64,000 nt of DNA from Malacoraja senta (taxonomy: Eukaryota). The stretch spans positions 62,001 to 126,000 of the forward strand of contig JAXLNO010000573.1 of assembly GCA_038087875.1 (NCBI GenBank), in the 5' to 3' direction. The translations under genes were made by a program, and so were the position numbers. The notes below the pieces were generated by a model. It saw nothing but the letters and a program-made list of their open reading frames with translations, was not told where the DNA came from and made no database searches. Below are positions 24,063 through 35,135 of the stretch, piece after piece (within the stretch, counting starts at the first letter, position 1; each line of letters starts with the position of its first letter).

Positions 24063-24386
24063 GGCCAGAGTTGCCTTTCGAGGCAGGCTCAGTATTATGG
24101 CCAGGATTGCTTTCTGGAACAAGCTCGGAAATATGGCCAGAGTTGTCTTTCGAGGCAGGCTCAGTATTAAGGCCAGGATTGCCTTCCGAGACAAGCTCGG
24201 AAATTGGCCAGAGTTGTCTTTCGAGGCAGGCTCAGAATTATGGCCGCAGTAGCCTTTGCAAGGCAGGCCCAGTATTATGGCCAGAGTTGTCTTTCGAGGC
24301 AGGCTCAGTATTATGGCCAGGATCACCTTTCGAGACAGGCTCGGGAATCTGGCCAGTGTTGTCATTCAAGGCAGGCACGAAATTAT
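24063..24386 (+). repeat. 36-bp tandem array (9 units, alternating A/B types) inside the DIRS RT region
   Basis: Units start at 24063, 24099, 24135, 24171, 24206, 24242, 24279, 24315 and 24351; consensus GGCCAGAGTTGTCTTTCGAGGCAGGCTCAGTATTAT. Confidence 0.95.
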
Positions 24387-26905
24387 GGCAGGCGAGGCCT
24401 GTTCATTGTAAAAGATGGAGGGTGTCGGTTTAAAATTGATTTAACTAGCATGTGCAACATAGATTTTTCAGTATATGGAACTTCGTTACTGTCTAACAAA
24501 ATGATTTCCTTAGGATCTTTATGGCATGCATCAATTTCAAAGTTGAATACTATACAGGTCCCATTCACAGGGATCCCAGGAGACATTTGGAATTTATCTG
24601 GATGGGGCAATGATAACAGTTAATGCGTTGCACATGGGCTAACTTCAGCTCCCAGGTCATCTACCAAATTACTAAACCGGTGCTGGGACTGCTCAGAGCT
24701 CACAAATCACTTGTTATGGCTTCACTGGATGATATACTAAATGCTGTGTTTTGCTAAAATCAACTGTTTCAGCCGCAACTATATTTGAGAAATTGAGGTT
24801 CCTCCAGTTAAATTTGAGTTGATACCAACTACAGTTATTGATTATTCGGTTTTACCTTTAACTATTAATTCTCTGTGACTCCGCCCTGGGGCAAGAGATT
24901 GGAATCAATAGAAGCTTGTAACAACCTTGTTATCAAGCAGTCTTCGATTCATCAAGTGTAATTGGCAATATAGCAGCTGTGTTTCAGCTGTGCATTTGGG
25001 ATTTTGCTTTATCTGAACTTTCAACATGCAAAGTAGTAACCTCTCAAGTGCCATATAGGTCATTGTTAACAGATCTATGCTTTTTCCAGCTGAAGCCACA
25101 ATGGTGGACGGACAATATTCAGCATTGCTCCAGTAGTTTTGGTCAATAAATCTTCAGTTATTGGTATCAACTACCTATAGACACTAGGTGCATACTATGG
25201 GTTATAGGGTTATTGTGCGGATATGCATGCTCAGTTCCAGGTTGATACACTGTGGTGGTGGCATATGTTGGTCACATGGGTGCAATCAAGCCAAAGTATC
25301 CTGTCATAATTTACCCAACCTTATTTGGTACTGGTGTATCATCACGTAAAATCAATGACAACACAGAATGGATGTTGGATCGCAAAGTATTTTATGGCAT
25401 TATGGCTCGATGGAACACCGAATATTGATATGTTTGCATCCAGGCTCATTCATCGGTTGTAAAGACATATGGCATCACCGTGGCGAGACATACATTCTCG
25501 CTACAAGGGAGAGGAATGTTATTTTATGTCGTTGCTCCATTTTGCCTCATCAGTCAGGTCTTGCAATAAATTCAGCAAGATCCCGCTTCAGGGGTGTTTC
25601 GTACTGTCTGATTGGCCTGTGTAGCCATGATTTCCCGCATATGTTGGGAATTATAGTAGAACCTTATATGGGTTTTCTAAACATAAAACTTTGCTGGTTC
25701 AGCCTGGGACTCAGGGAACCAGCCTCTGCATGATTAATCAATTCATTGCCTTACAGAATCTGAGAAGACAGCTCCTGCGGCTCGGGGTATCAGACCGATC
25801 CATGTATGTGCTCATTGCAGAGTGCAGGGATAGCACCAACTAAGCAGTATATTTCCTCTTCAGGAGATGGGAAGTGTTCTGTTTAAATGCTATGTTACAT
25901 ATAATACGGCACGGACACTGACGTCTTAGAGTTCAGTTTCAATGGGCCCTTGACAATAAATTAAGTGATAGTCCCATTAACTGTGCCCAACGTGCTTTCT
26001 TATCATATTTGCTGCAGCGAGCGGGACCCGTTCTGTCAGGTCTCACTCTCTGATATCCAGTTTATTAAGGATATTTTTACATAAGTTCTCCCAGACCCAA
26101 GTACACGGAAGTATGGGATATTGACATTGTGTAAATACTACTTCACCAGGGGGCTCCAGCTATATCCCTATCATTGGCTCGGCTCTCATAGGTAGTTATC
26201 CCCTTGGCGCTGTTCCCAGCGCAACGGGTCCAGTCATTACATAAATTGCGACTGGACAGGATGGTTATACCTGCTATAATACAATATTTCATGTTTACGA
26301 TTTAGTTAAGCAGGGCAGCCCAGGGGTGTCGGGTCTCAATCTAGTTCTCTTGGCATACCCCATGCACCTTCGGTTATGTGTGGTCACACATTTACAACAT
26401 TATGTCAAGGTCACCTGGAGCCTTAGAAGCTCTCATACTACCTATGTAGTTAGTTACTAAAAACCTCTTAAGAAGGTATCAGTTCAGACCACCTCCAGGT
26501 GGTTAAAATGGGGTTCTGGCTTATACAGGAGTAGATATAAATTTTCTAATCTCACTCCACCTGGGCTGCTACTACATCAGCAGCAAGGGTTATGTTCGGT
26601 CCTCTGGACCACATCCTGCCGACTGCAGGATGGTCTAGCAAACGAATTTTCCAATCATTTTATTTTAACCCATTGCCAGACCAGGGGTATTTTCCAACTC
26701 TATTTTAGGTTCTATTTTATAGTTTTTCCCCCGGATGAGAGGGGTTACTATTATTATTATTTGTTCATTTATCAGCATCAGCATGTTTTAAATCTATATC
26801 ATGTCTGTATGCATTATTAATGTTTTCCCTTATCTGTGGTAAACTGGTGCAGTCGTGCTTATGTGGACTCGTTTTTCCACGGCATGAAATCACAGAGCTT
26901 CAAAG

Positions 26906-27003
26906 TCTTCACGTAGTCACTCACGTGACTCCAAAGTAAAATAGTAAGATTAAACGAGAACTTACCAGTTTGAAGTTTGATCTTTATTTTATGAAGAGTT
27001 ACG
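26906..27003 (+). other. Internal complementary region (ICR) of DIRS element 1
   Basis: Reverse complement of the left terminus joined at AAT to the reverse complement of the right terminal extension (27179-27243). Confidence 0.9.
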
Positions 27004-27804
27004 ATGAGCGATTACGTGTCCTCCGCTCCCAACTCTCGTATCATAAAGATCATCTGGTTGTTCTAGTCATCTCTAATCTTAATATGTTAGTTCAACTACT
27101 GTTATCTGTGATTTCACACCGCTGCTTTGAAGATTGACGCACATGCGGCTGGACGGGGTCTTCTTCACGTACTCACCAACGTAACTCCTCATAAAATAAA
27201 GATCAAACTTCAAACTGGTAAGTTGTCGTTTAATCTTACTATTTTGTTGCTGGTGGGCAAGGTCTCTGCACAAAACTGGCTCAGGCCCCTTCCACTAGGT
27301 GCCACTTTTATTTAACTTTTCTGTAATATTACAATTTTTTTTGTTCACCTGGCCGTAATTCTGGAGCCACATGACACCACAGCTAAGATGGTAAAGTCAC
27401 AATGAAGAAGTCATGCCTGGAATTCCAAGATACAATGCGAATTGCAATAACCTTGCTAGCTCCAAATTTAAAGGAAGTTAATTTTTTGAGAACAATTATT
27501 TACCACAACAAATGCATACTTTGCAAATAGAGCATGCAATTATCAGAAAGTAAAAGATCTTAAATATTTATGGATGACTGAAAAGTTGGCTTCAAGCTTC
27601 TTTGTGGTGCCATTGTTCACTGTCTACTTGAGACCATGATACATTTCAAGCCTGATGTGCAGAGTAAACAATCTTGCTGTAGAAATAGTTTTTTTTCTTC
27701 CTGAATTTGAAATGTATAAATAAATTAGATGAAAAGAGATATTAAACACGTTGCAGCTTTAATATTTCTTATTGTGTAACTCTCATCCTATTCTGCCATC
27801 TGAG

Positions 27805-27966
27805 AACATTTAAGAAACATTTAGACAGGTACATTGATAGGGCGGGTTTAGAGGGACATGGGTCAAATGCAGGCAGGTGGGATTATAGTAGATGGGATAT
27901 GTTGGCCAGTGTGGGAAAGTTGGGCCGAAGGGCCTGTTTCCACACAGGAAGGCTCCATGATTCTAT
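27805..27966 (+). mobile_element. CR1 3' tail fragment
   Basis: TTTAAGAAACATTTAGACAGGTAC...GGGCCGAAGGGCCTGTTTCC. Confidence 0.75.
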
Positions 27967-28823
27967 AACCAATCTAAAATTGCAGATTTACAAAATATTT
28001 TAGAAAACATAAAATACTTTATTAATTAATTGCCAATTTAATATAATTTCAACCTTCCATTTTGACTAGAACAGCATATTGTCACTTTAATTTGTAAAAA
28101 TTAACAACATTAAGTATAAACAGTGACATTCTCTTTGTAATGGGAAAGTTAAATAATTCTCGTCACCTTTGGTCAAAAATGTTGTTGCAAAACATGAACA
28201 AGTATTTCAATCTAAAGATATTATTGTCTATTAAATAGGCCAGCCACACCGATCATTCTTGATCTTGAAGACAGTGGGGTATTTTAATTAACTTCCAATT
28301 AAAGATGTCCTTGACTTGGGTCTGTCAAGGGGAGACAGTGCACAAGGTGAGAATCCATTACTGACTCTGCAGTGACTCGGCATTTCTGCCCAGCCAAACA
28401 CTGAGATTCTGTAGCATAGGAACAAAAGATTTCAATAAATATTTAAACTGATTGTTGTGATTTCGTAAAAATAAAAATAATGTATGCCCTGTGATATTGT
28501 TTATGCTAATGCAGACCTCATCAATTCTTCTTTCTCTTCCCAACAGAGTGAATAGTACCAGTGGAGTACCATTTTGACTACACCACGTGACCTCTTCTAA
28601 TCCCCTCTTACTCGAATAACTGCATTATGTATATCTGACTCTCAAATATAACAGAGAAAATAAGTCCACTCTTTCGTCTGGCTTGCATTAACTCTTTGCA
28701 TTTTATTGCACAGTCTGAGACAGCTCACAAACTCAGTTGTTGCTGTTGATGGTGACTCTTAAAAAAAACTATTCACTGTTACTCACTGCTCCATTGCTTA
28801 TCACTCATGAACTACTTAAGAAC

Positions 28824-28953
28824 CAGTATGAAGTAGGGTCTCGACCCGAAACATCACCCATTCCTTCTCTCCAGAGATGTTGCCTGTCCCGCTGAGTTAC
28901 TCCAGCATTTTGTGTCTACCTTCGATTTAAACCAGCATCTGCAGTTCTTTCCT
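28824..28953 (+). mobile_element. Short Penelope terminal-repeat insertion with 13-bp TSD
   Basis: ACTACTTAAGAAC at 28811-28823 and 28954-28966. Confidence 0.8.
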
Positions 28954-29587
28954 ACTACTTAAGAACTAATAGCTATTCCATGGCACTGCTGTAGAGTACA
29001 CACAATCATTTGTTTTGATAGTAAATTAGATTTTGACCATTTATGGTGCCCTGAAACACCAGTGTCAAATAAGTGTCGACAAAAATGCTGGAGAAACTCA
29101 GTGGGTGAGGCAGCATCTATGGAGCGAAGGATTAATAAAGGTATCCTTGAAAGAACAAAATATTGCAAACTTAGTCAAAGTATGAAACAGCATTGTAGTA
29201 GTTTGCACCCAGCAGGATACACTACTGTGGACCTGTGTGGTTTCTTGTACGATTAGTCCTCGAAACCTCTAAACATGGACCCGAAACATCATCCATTCCT
29301 TCCATCCAGAGATGCTGCCTGTCCCGCTGAGTTACTCCAGCATTTAGTTTCTAGCCCTCACTGAATGCAGCTGCTTACACTGTGCCACATAGCCAAGACA
29401 TGAAGATCAGGCACCAACTGTACAGTCCAGCAGCAGCCACGGGGCAACAGTCTGCAGCTATTGGTGGAATGGGGGGGAAGATGAGGCTGCAGGGGGAGAG
29501 AGAGGCAGCTCCATTCATTTTAGGAATCTACCTGGAAATACAGATTCATGAAGTACATGCAAGAGGGAGGTTTCGTGCTCAGGGGAG

Positions 29588-29845
29588 GTCATGTGATAGG
29601 AGTAGAATTAGGCCATTTGGCCCATCAAGTCTACTCTGCCATTCAATCATGGCTGATCTATCTCACCCTCCTAACCCCATACTCCTGCCTTCTCCCCATA
29701 GCTTCTGACACCAGTACTAATCAAAAATCTATCCATCACTGCCTTAAAAATATCTACTTGGCCTCTACAGCCTTCTGTGGCAAAGACTTCCACAGATTCA
29801 CCACCCTCTGACTACATAAATGTCTCCTCATCTCCTTCCTAACAG
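29588..29845 (-). mobile_element. CR1 3' fragment
   Basis: Reverse complement matches the 3' end/UTR of the CR1 copies at 7603 and 33862. Confidence 0.75.
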
Positions 29846-29954
29846 ACGCACCAGGCAAGGGTCTACAGGAGGTGGCCAAGGTTTCTCCTCCAAAAATGGG
29901 AATCACAAATGTTGGATATGCTGGATATGGTAACTTATCTCTTGACGTTGGTAT

Positions 29955-30898
29955 TTAGAATAGAATGCTATTTATTGTCATTCAAACCTAGGCTTGAACG
30001 AAATATCATTACTACAGTTTTTTTTACATTACAAAAAAAACCAAGACCCACACTTAACACAGTTTACATAAACATCCACCACAGTGAGTCTCCAACACCT
30101 CCTCACTGTGATGGAAGGCAAAGTCTTATCTCTTCCCTTTATTCTTCACCCGCGGTCCAGCAGTCCAACTGCAGTGTCTAGGCGAGGGGCTCCGGTGTTA
30201 AAGCCCCCGGCGGACGATGGTAAGTCCTGTGGCCATTTAGCCACGCCGGGCGATGCCAGGCCCCAGCTCCGTGTCCTTCAAACCCCGCGGTTCAAGCAGT
30301 CCAACCCGCAGTCCAACTGCAGCGTCTAGGCGAACTGGGGCTCCGATGTTAAAGCCCCCGGCAGACGATGGTAACTCCCGTGGCCGTTAACCCGCACCGG
30401 GCGATATTAGGCCTCGCTCCGTGTTCTCCAAACCTCACGATTCCAGCGGGAGAAGTTGCCGTTGCGGGAACTCCGAAAAGCCGTCTCCAACCAGGGACCT
30501 GGAGCTCCCGATGTTCCTGTCCACCGGGCCCTCAGCCAGTGCTTCCGAAACTCCAAAGTCGGGTCACAGCCGAGCACCACCACAGCTCTCCCCGCTCCAA
30601 AGCCGGCCAGCTCCGTGATGTCAGGTCCCAAGCTCCGCGACTGGAGCCCTCGGGTTGGTCCCGGCCGCCGGCTCCACAATGTTAGGCCCAACGACATCGG
30701 AGACCCGACAGGGAAAAAGTCGGGTCCCCGTACAGGGAAGAGATTAACGGTTTCCCCAACATCCCCCCCTTCCCCCCCCCCACATATACACAGCTAAAAA
30801 ATAATAAAAACTAAGCTCAAGTCATACATTTAACAAGATAAAAATTAAAAAAAAGACGGACGACTGTAGTTGAGCCGCTGCCGTTAGGCGCCGCCACT
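29955..30898 (-). mobile_element. GC-rich, probably non-autonomous retroposon with an internal direct repeat
   Basis: Minus strand starts AGTGGCGGCGCC and ends GACAATAAATAGCATTCTATTCTA; CpG-rich; ~110-bp internal duplication (~30160-30270 and ~30308-30420); no recognisable ORF. Confidence 0.5.
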
Positions 30899-31151
30899 CC
30901 CACAGCATTTGCTGAAAAGTCATGTGTGAGATATGGGAAATGCTAAGTTCTTGTCATGAGCTTTTTGTTTTGTTGCGTGGTGGCCTGTAGTCATATATGG
31001 ATGACCAAAGACATTTATATTTTACCTTATACTTGTTTCATTATGACATATTCACAAGTACATACACTGAACATGAACATCAAATCAACATACTGCAGAT
31101 AGTTGAAAATATGGTCTCTGTTCTCTGTACCTTACACAGCTTTAAGATTAT

Positions 31152-31965
31152 TGGGCCTGTCCCACACAGGCGATTTTTCAGGCGACTGCCGGCGACTGTC
31201 AAGTCGTAGCAGGTCGGTGAAAAAACGGCGACTGGAACGGCAACTGTCAGAGTGGAACACACACACACACATACACACATCGCTTCCTTCACCAGCCAGT
31301 TATGCAGGCGGGAGACAGGGCAAGCGGGGGGAGCGCTGTCTGAGTGAAATCCACACAGTGCAAAGCCAATGTGATACAGACACACACCGCGATGAACAGG
31401 AAGGTTGGCGCTGTAATTAAGACAGTGAAAGCACAGTGTACGGGAAGGATCACGCAAATCCTTTAAAAGAGGGGGGGAGAAGGGGGAGACGGGGTGGGGA
31501 GAAGGAGTGGAGACAACTTTTAAGAAGCCAGAGATACACGGCTGTGAAGCGCGGCGGACGTTTAACATTACTAGTCGGTTATCCTTGGTTCTGAAAACTA
31601 CTGTTTACTTTTTTTTTCCCCAATGAGCCAATGAAATCCACCGGTCAGCACCGGCGACAACCTACAAAAACCTACGACAACCTACGACCTCCTGGCAACC
31701 CACTACCACGGCACCTATGTCACGAGAATTCTCGCTACTCTCCATGGCGTCAAAATTCTGGTCGCCGCTAATTTTTCTACATGTTAAAAAATGTTTAAAA
31801 ATTAGCGGCGACCAGAATGAAGCCGCGACTAGTTACGAGAATGCGGGAACTACGCACCACCATGCGGGCGACACCCCGGCAACCTCCGGCAATCATGTGG
31901 CAACCTTGTGGCGACCTCATAGTCTTGTGTAGTCGCTTAAAAGTTGCGTAAGTGGGACAGGCCCA
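31152..31965. mobile_element. Longer member of the Harbinger-like MITE family
   Basis: TGGGCCTGTCCCAC...GTGGGACAGGCCCA termini; shares CTACGAC/GGCGAC subterminal repeats with 21785-21999. Confidence 0.8.
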
Positions 31966-32629
31966 TTAGTGTTACTATACGCACATGCACCTGACTATGA
32001 ACACAGTTCTCTTCAGCGATTACTGGCGAGGGCCTGTCCAAATTGCTTACAGGCAATCAGCCCTGTCTAAAGTTTTCTTCCAAGCTGTCCTTTAACATTA
32101 AATATTATTTACTCTGTAAATGTAGATAATTTTGAACACAACTCACCCCGTTGATCACTCAGGTAATATGTGCAGCTCTATCTGCAGCTTCCTGCAATTC
32201 TTTTAGTTTGCCTGAACTTTCCCCGATTGGTAATAGAAAAATGGCATCTGCGGCATGTTGATTGACACAACCTTCCGTTGGATTGTATTATCTTCATCCT
32301 CTTTGCCTTTTGCAAGATCATAAACTGTTCATTATAAAAATGGTCCACGCTGGACTGTGCTTTGATGGGGAGAAGCATAAGCTTGTCAGCATCTTGTGAA
32401 TCATTTTCTGATGTTTCCCACTTTCAAACATTGAACCAGTCATCTTGGCAACATCTCTATTGCTTATACGATGATTCTGTTGACAGCCACACCACAGGGG
32501 TTGAGAGAAGCTCATCTGTATGTGTATGAATAGGGACTTCAGCATTTTTTCTCACAGCCTATTTAGAAAGATCATCTCCGAGCCCAATAGTTCCTCACAG
32601 CATGCTTGGATACTGACTTTGGTCGGACT

Positions 32630-32972
32630 TTTCATAAGGTCATAAGTGTTAGGAGCAGAATTAGGCCATTCGGCCCATCAAGTGTACTCCGCCATTCAAT
32701 CATAGCTGATCTATCTCTCCTAACCCCATTTTTCTGCCTTCTCCCCATAACCTCTGACGCCCATACAAATCATGAATCTATCACTGCCTTAAAAATATCC
32801 ACTGATTTGGCCTCCACAACCTTCTGTGGCAAAGGATTCCATAGATTCACCACCCTCTGACTAAAGAAATTCCTCCTTCCTATAAGAATCTCCTTTAATT
32901 CCGAGACTATGACCTCTAGCCCTAGACTCTCCCAGTAGTAGAAACATCCTCTTTACATCCACTCTATCCATG
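32630..32972 (-). mobile_element. CR1 3' fragment
   Basis: (CATAAG) tail, GGCCATTCGGCCC and ORF2 C-terminal sequence in reverse. Confidence 0.8.
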
Positions 32973-33477
32973 CCAATTGTCCATCTACCCACCAGAACAG
33001 AAGAGCTGCCTTAACGTAAGCAGATACGGTTAATATATTGGTGCATCTACAAACTAGTTATTTCATTAGTATATGTTAATTTAGCTAATTTCTAATATCA
33101 GACACAGAAAATTCTTCAAACCTATTTCATAATTGACTAAGTAAAAAGTATTGCCAAAAGAAAAAAAAATGCAGAAATAATTGTGTGATTTTTATTTTGC
33201 AGAATTATTGATAAATAAATTCTCTGCATCAATTGGAATTACAATCTTCTGTATCACTCTGTTGAAAAATCACGATTTAAATTCAAAGCACTACTTCAAC
33301 AGTACTCATAAAGTCGAGACACGAGAAATATATGCACAGATGAGACATCAATAATTTGAATTTAAATAACCAATATTTACATTTGTGCTGTAAACAGTAT
33401 TTTAGTCAAATAACTTTGGATATTCTAGCTATGGCCTTGCATCTGTTCAGCAAAATAAACATCTTAAATTTAAGAAG

Positions 33478-33582
33478 ATAGGCACAAAAGCTGGAGTAAC
33501 TCAGCGGGACAGGCAGCATCTCTGGTGAGAAGGAATGGGTGACGTTTTGTGCAGGAAGGATCTGCAGATGCCGGTTTACATC
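33478..33582 (-). mobile_element. Circularly permuted Penelope terminal-repeat insertion
   Basis: Block order is swapped relative to other copies; flanked by AATTTAAGAAG (33467-33477, 33583-33593). Confidence 0.7.
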
Positions 33583-33679
33583 AATTTAAGAAGTGTGTTT
33601 AATGTCAAAAAATTGGCCTAGGGTCCTCATGTGTGTTTTTAACCAAACATAGACCATGTTGCACAAGGAGATACTAGTC

Positions 33680-34340
33680 CGAGAGAGATACAGCACAGAT
33701 AAAAGTCATTTCAGTGTACCAGGTCAATTCTGACCACCAAGCACCCATTTTTTAAACCAATCTTACCTGACCAATTTTAATCTCCTAACATTCTCAACAA
33801 CTCCCCACAGATTCTACTATCCACTTGAGTGATAGGGGCAATTTACAGTGCTCAAGTAACCTTGAAAGGCTTGGATAGAGTGGATGTGGAGAGGTGTGGG
33901 AGGGTCTAGGACCAGAGGTCATAGCCTCAGAATTAAAGGACGTTCCTTTAAGAAGGAGAGGAGGAGGAATTTCTTTAGTCAGCGATAATAAATCTGTGGA
34001 AGCCAATGGAAATTTTTAAGCCATAGATTGATAGATTCTTGTGTAGTACGGGTGTCAAGGGTTATGGGGAGAAGGCAGGAGAACGGGGTTGGGAGGGAAA
34101 GATAGATCAGCCATGATTGAATGGCAGAGTAGACTTGATGGGCCAAATGGCCTAATTCTGCTCCAATTACTTATGAGCTTATGAACATATGAACCTACTG
34201 ACCTGTAAGTATTTGGGAGGTAGGAGTAAAATGAAGCACTTAGTAGAAACCATTTAGTCAAAGGGAGAACATGTAAACTTTACACGGACAGTTTTGAACT
34301 TGGGTTACTGGAGTTGAAAGGGAGCAGCTCTATTGGCTTC
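33680..34340 (-). mobile_element. Old SINE interrupted by a CR1 fragment
   Basis: SINE body (GGGGCAATTTACAG...AACCT|AACCTAC...GGGAGAACATGTAAACT) split by the insertion at 33862-34190. Confidence 0.6.
33862..34190 (+). mobile_element. CR1 3' fragment nested in SINE
   Basis: GGLDRVD-type sequence, CR1 3' UTR, (CTTATG) tail; AACCT on both sides. Confidence 0.75.
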
Positions 34341-34587
34341 TCTAATTAATATTTTGTTTGAGGGTCCATGCAAAATTCAGTAATACACGAAGCCTAAGGG
34401 ATAGTGGATGGGTACCTTGAAAGATTAGTCCAATGTTTGTCAACCAAAGATGGTTCAGGTTGCTTAAGGACATAACTAGAGTCTGAGAGAGATACAACAC
34501 AGATAAAAAGCCCCTTCAGCCCATCAGGCCTGTTCTGACCATCAAGCACCCATTTTTGAACTAATCTTACCCTAACCCATTTTATTG

Positions 34588-35135
34588 AGTAGAATAGTCA
34601 GCAAGTCATGATGCAGCTCTTTAGGACTTTGGCCGCATTTGGAATATTGCATGCAGTTCTGGTTGCCCCATTACAGGAAAGATGTGGAAGCTTTGGAGAG
34701 GGTGCAGAGGAGGTTTACCAGAATGTTGCCTGGATTGGAGAGTTTGGCTACAGGGAGAGATTAGATAGATGTGCATTGTTTTCTTCGGAACGTCAGAGGT
34801 TGGGAATCTTGAAGGAAGTATATACAATTGTGGGAGGCATAGACAGGGTATACAGTCAGAATCTTTATCTCAGGGTGAAAATGTCTAACACTAGTAGGTG
34901 TAGCTATGAGCTGAAAGGGGGAACATTTAATGGAGATATGTGGGCATGTTTTTAACACATGGGCCTGGAACGCATTGGCAGGGGTGGTGGTGGAAGCAGA
35001 TATGATTATGGTGTTGAAAGATTGTCGATAGGCACATGGAAATGCAGAGAATAGAGAGATATGAATCATGTGCTGGCAAAGGAGATCAGTTCAGGTAGGC
35101 ATCATGTTCGGCACAAACATAGTGGGCCGAAGGGA
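34588..35135 (+). mobile_element. CR1 3' fragment, decayed
   Basis: [33 protein letters not shown] across frames. Confidence 0.8.

Larger units (their letters stand above)
22425..27243 (+). mobile_element. DIRS1-type tyrosine-recombinase retrotransposon, full length, ORFs decayed
   Basis: ITR cores 22452-22486 and 27135-27171; ICR 26906-27003 complementary to both termini; ATT at both ends; RT (KDGGCR..IDL; MASLDDIL ~24715), MT (TEWMLDR..MFASRL ~25362) and YR (SHSTWAA..DHILPTAGWS ~26550-26640) remnants. Confidence 0.93.

Noticed and set aside
24063..24386. CRISPR array
   Set aside because: The apparent spacers are diverged copies of the repeat, there are no cas genes, and the context is a vertebrate retrotransposon.
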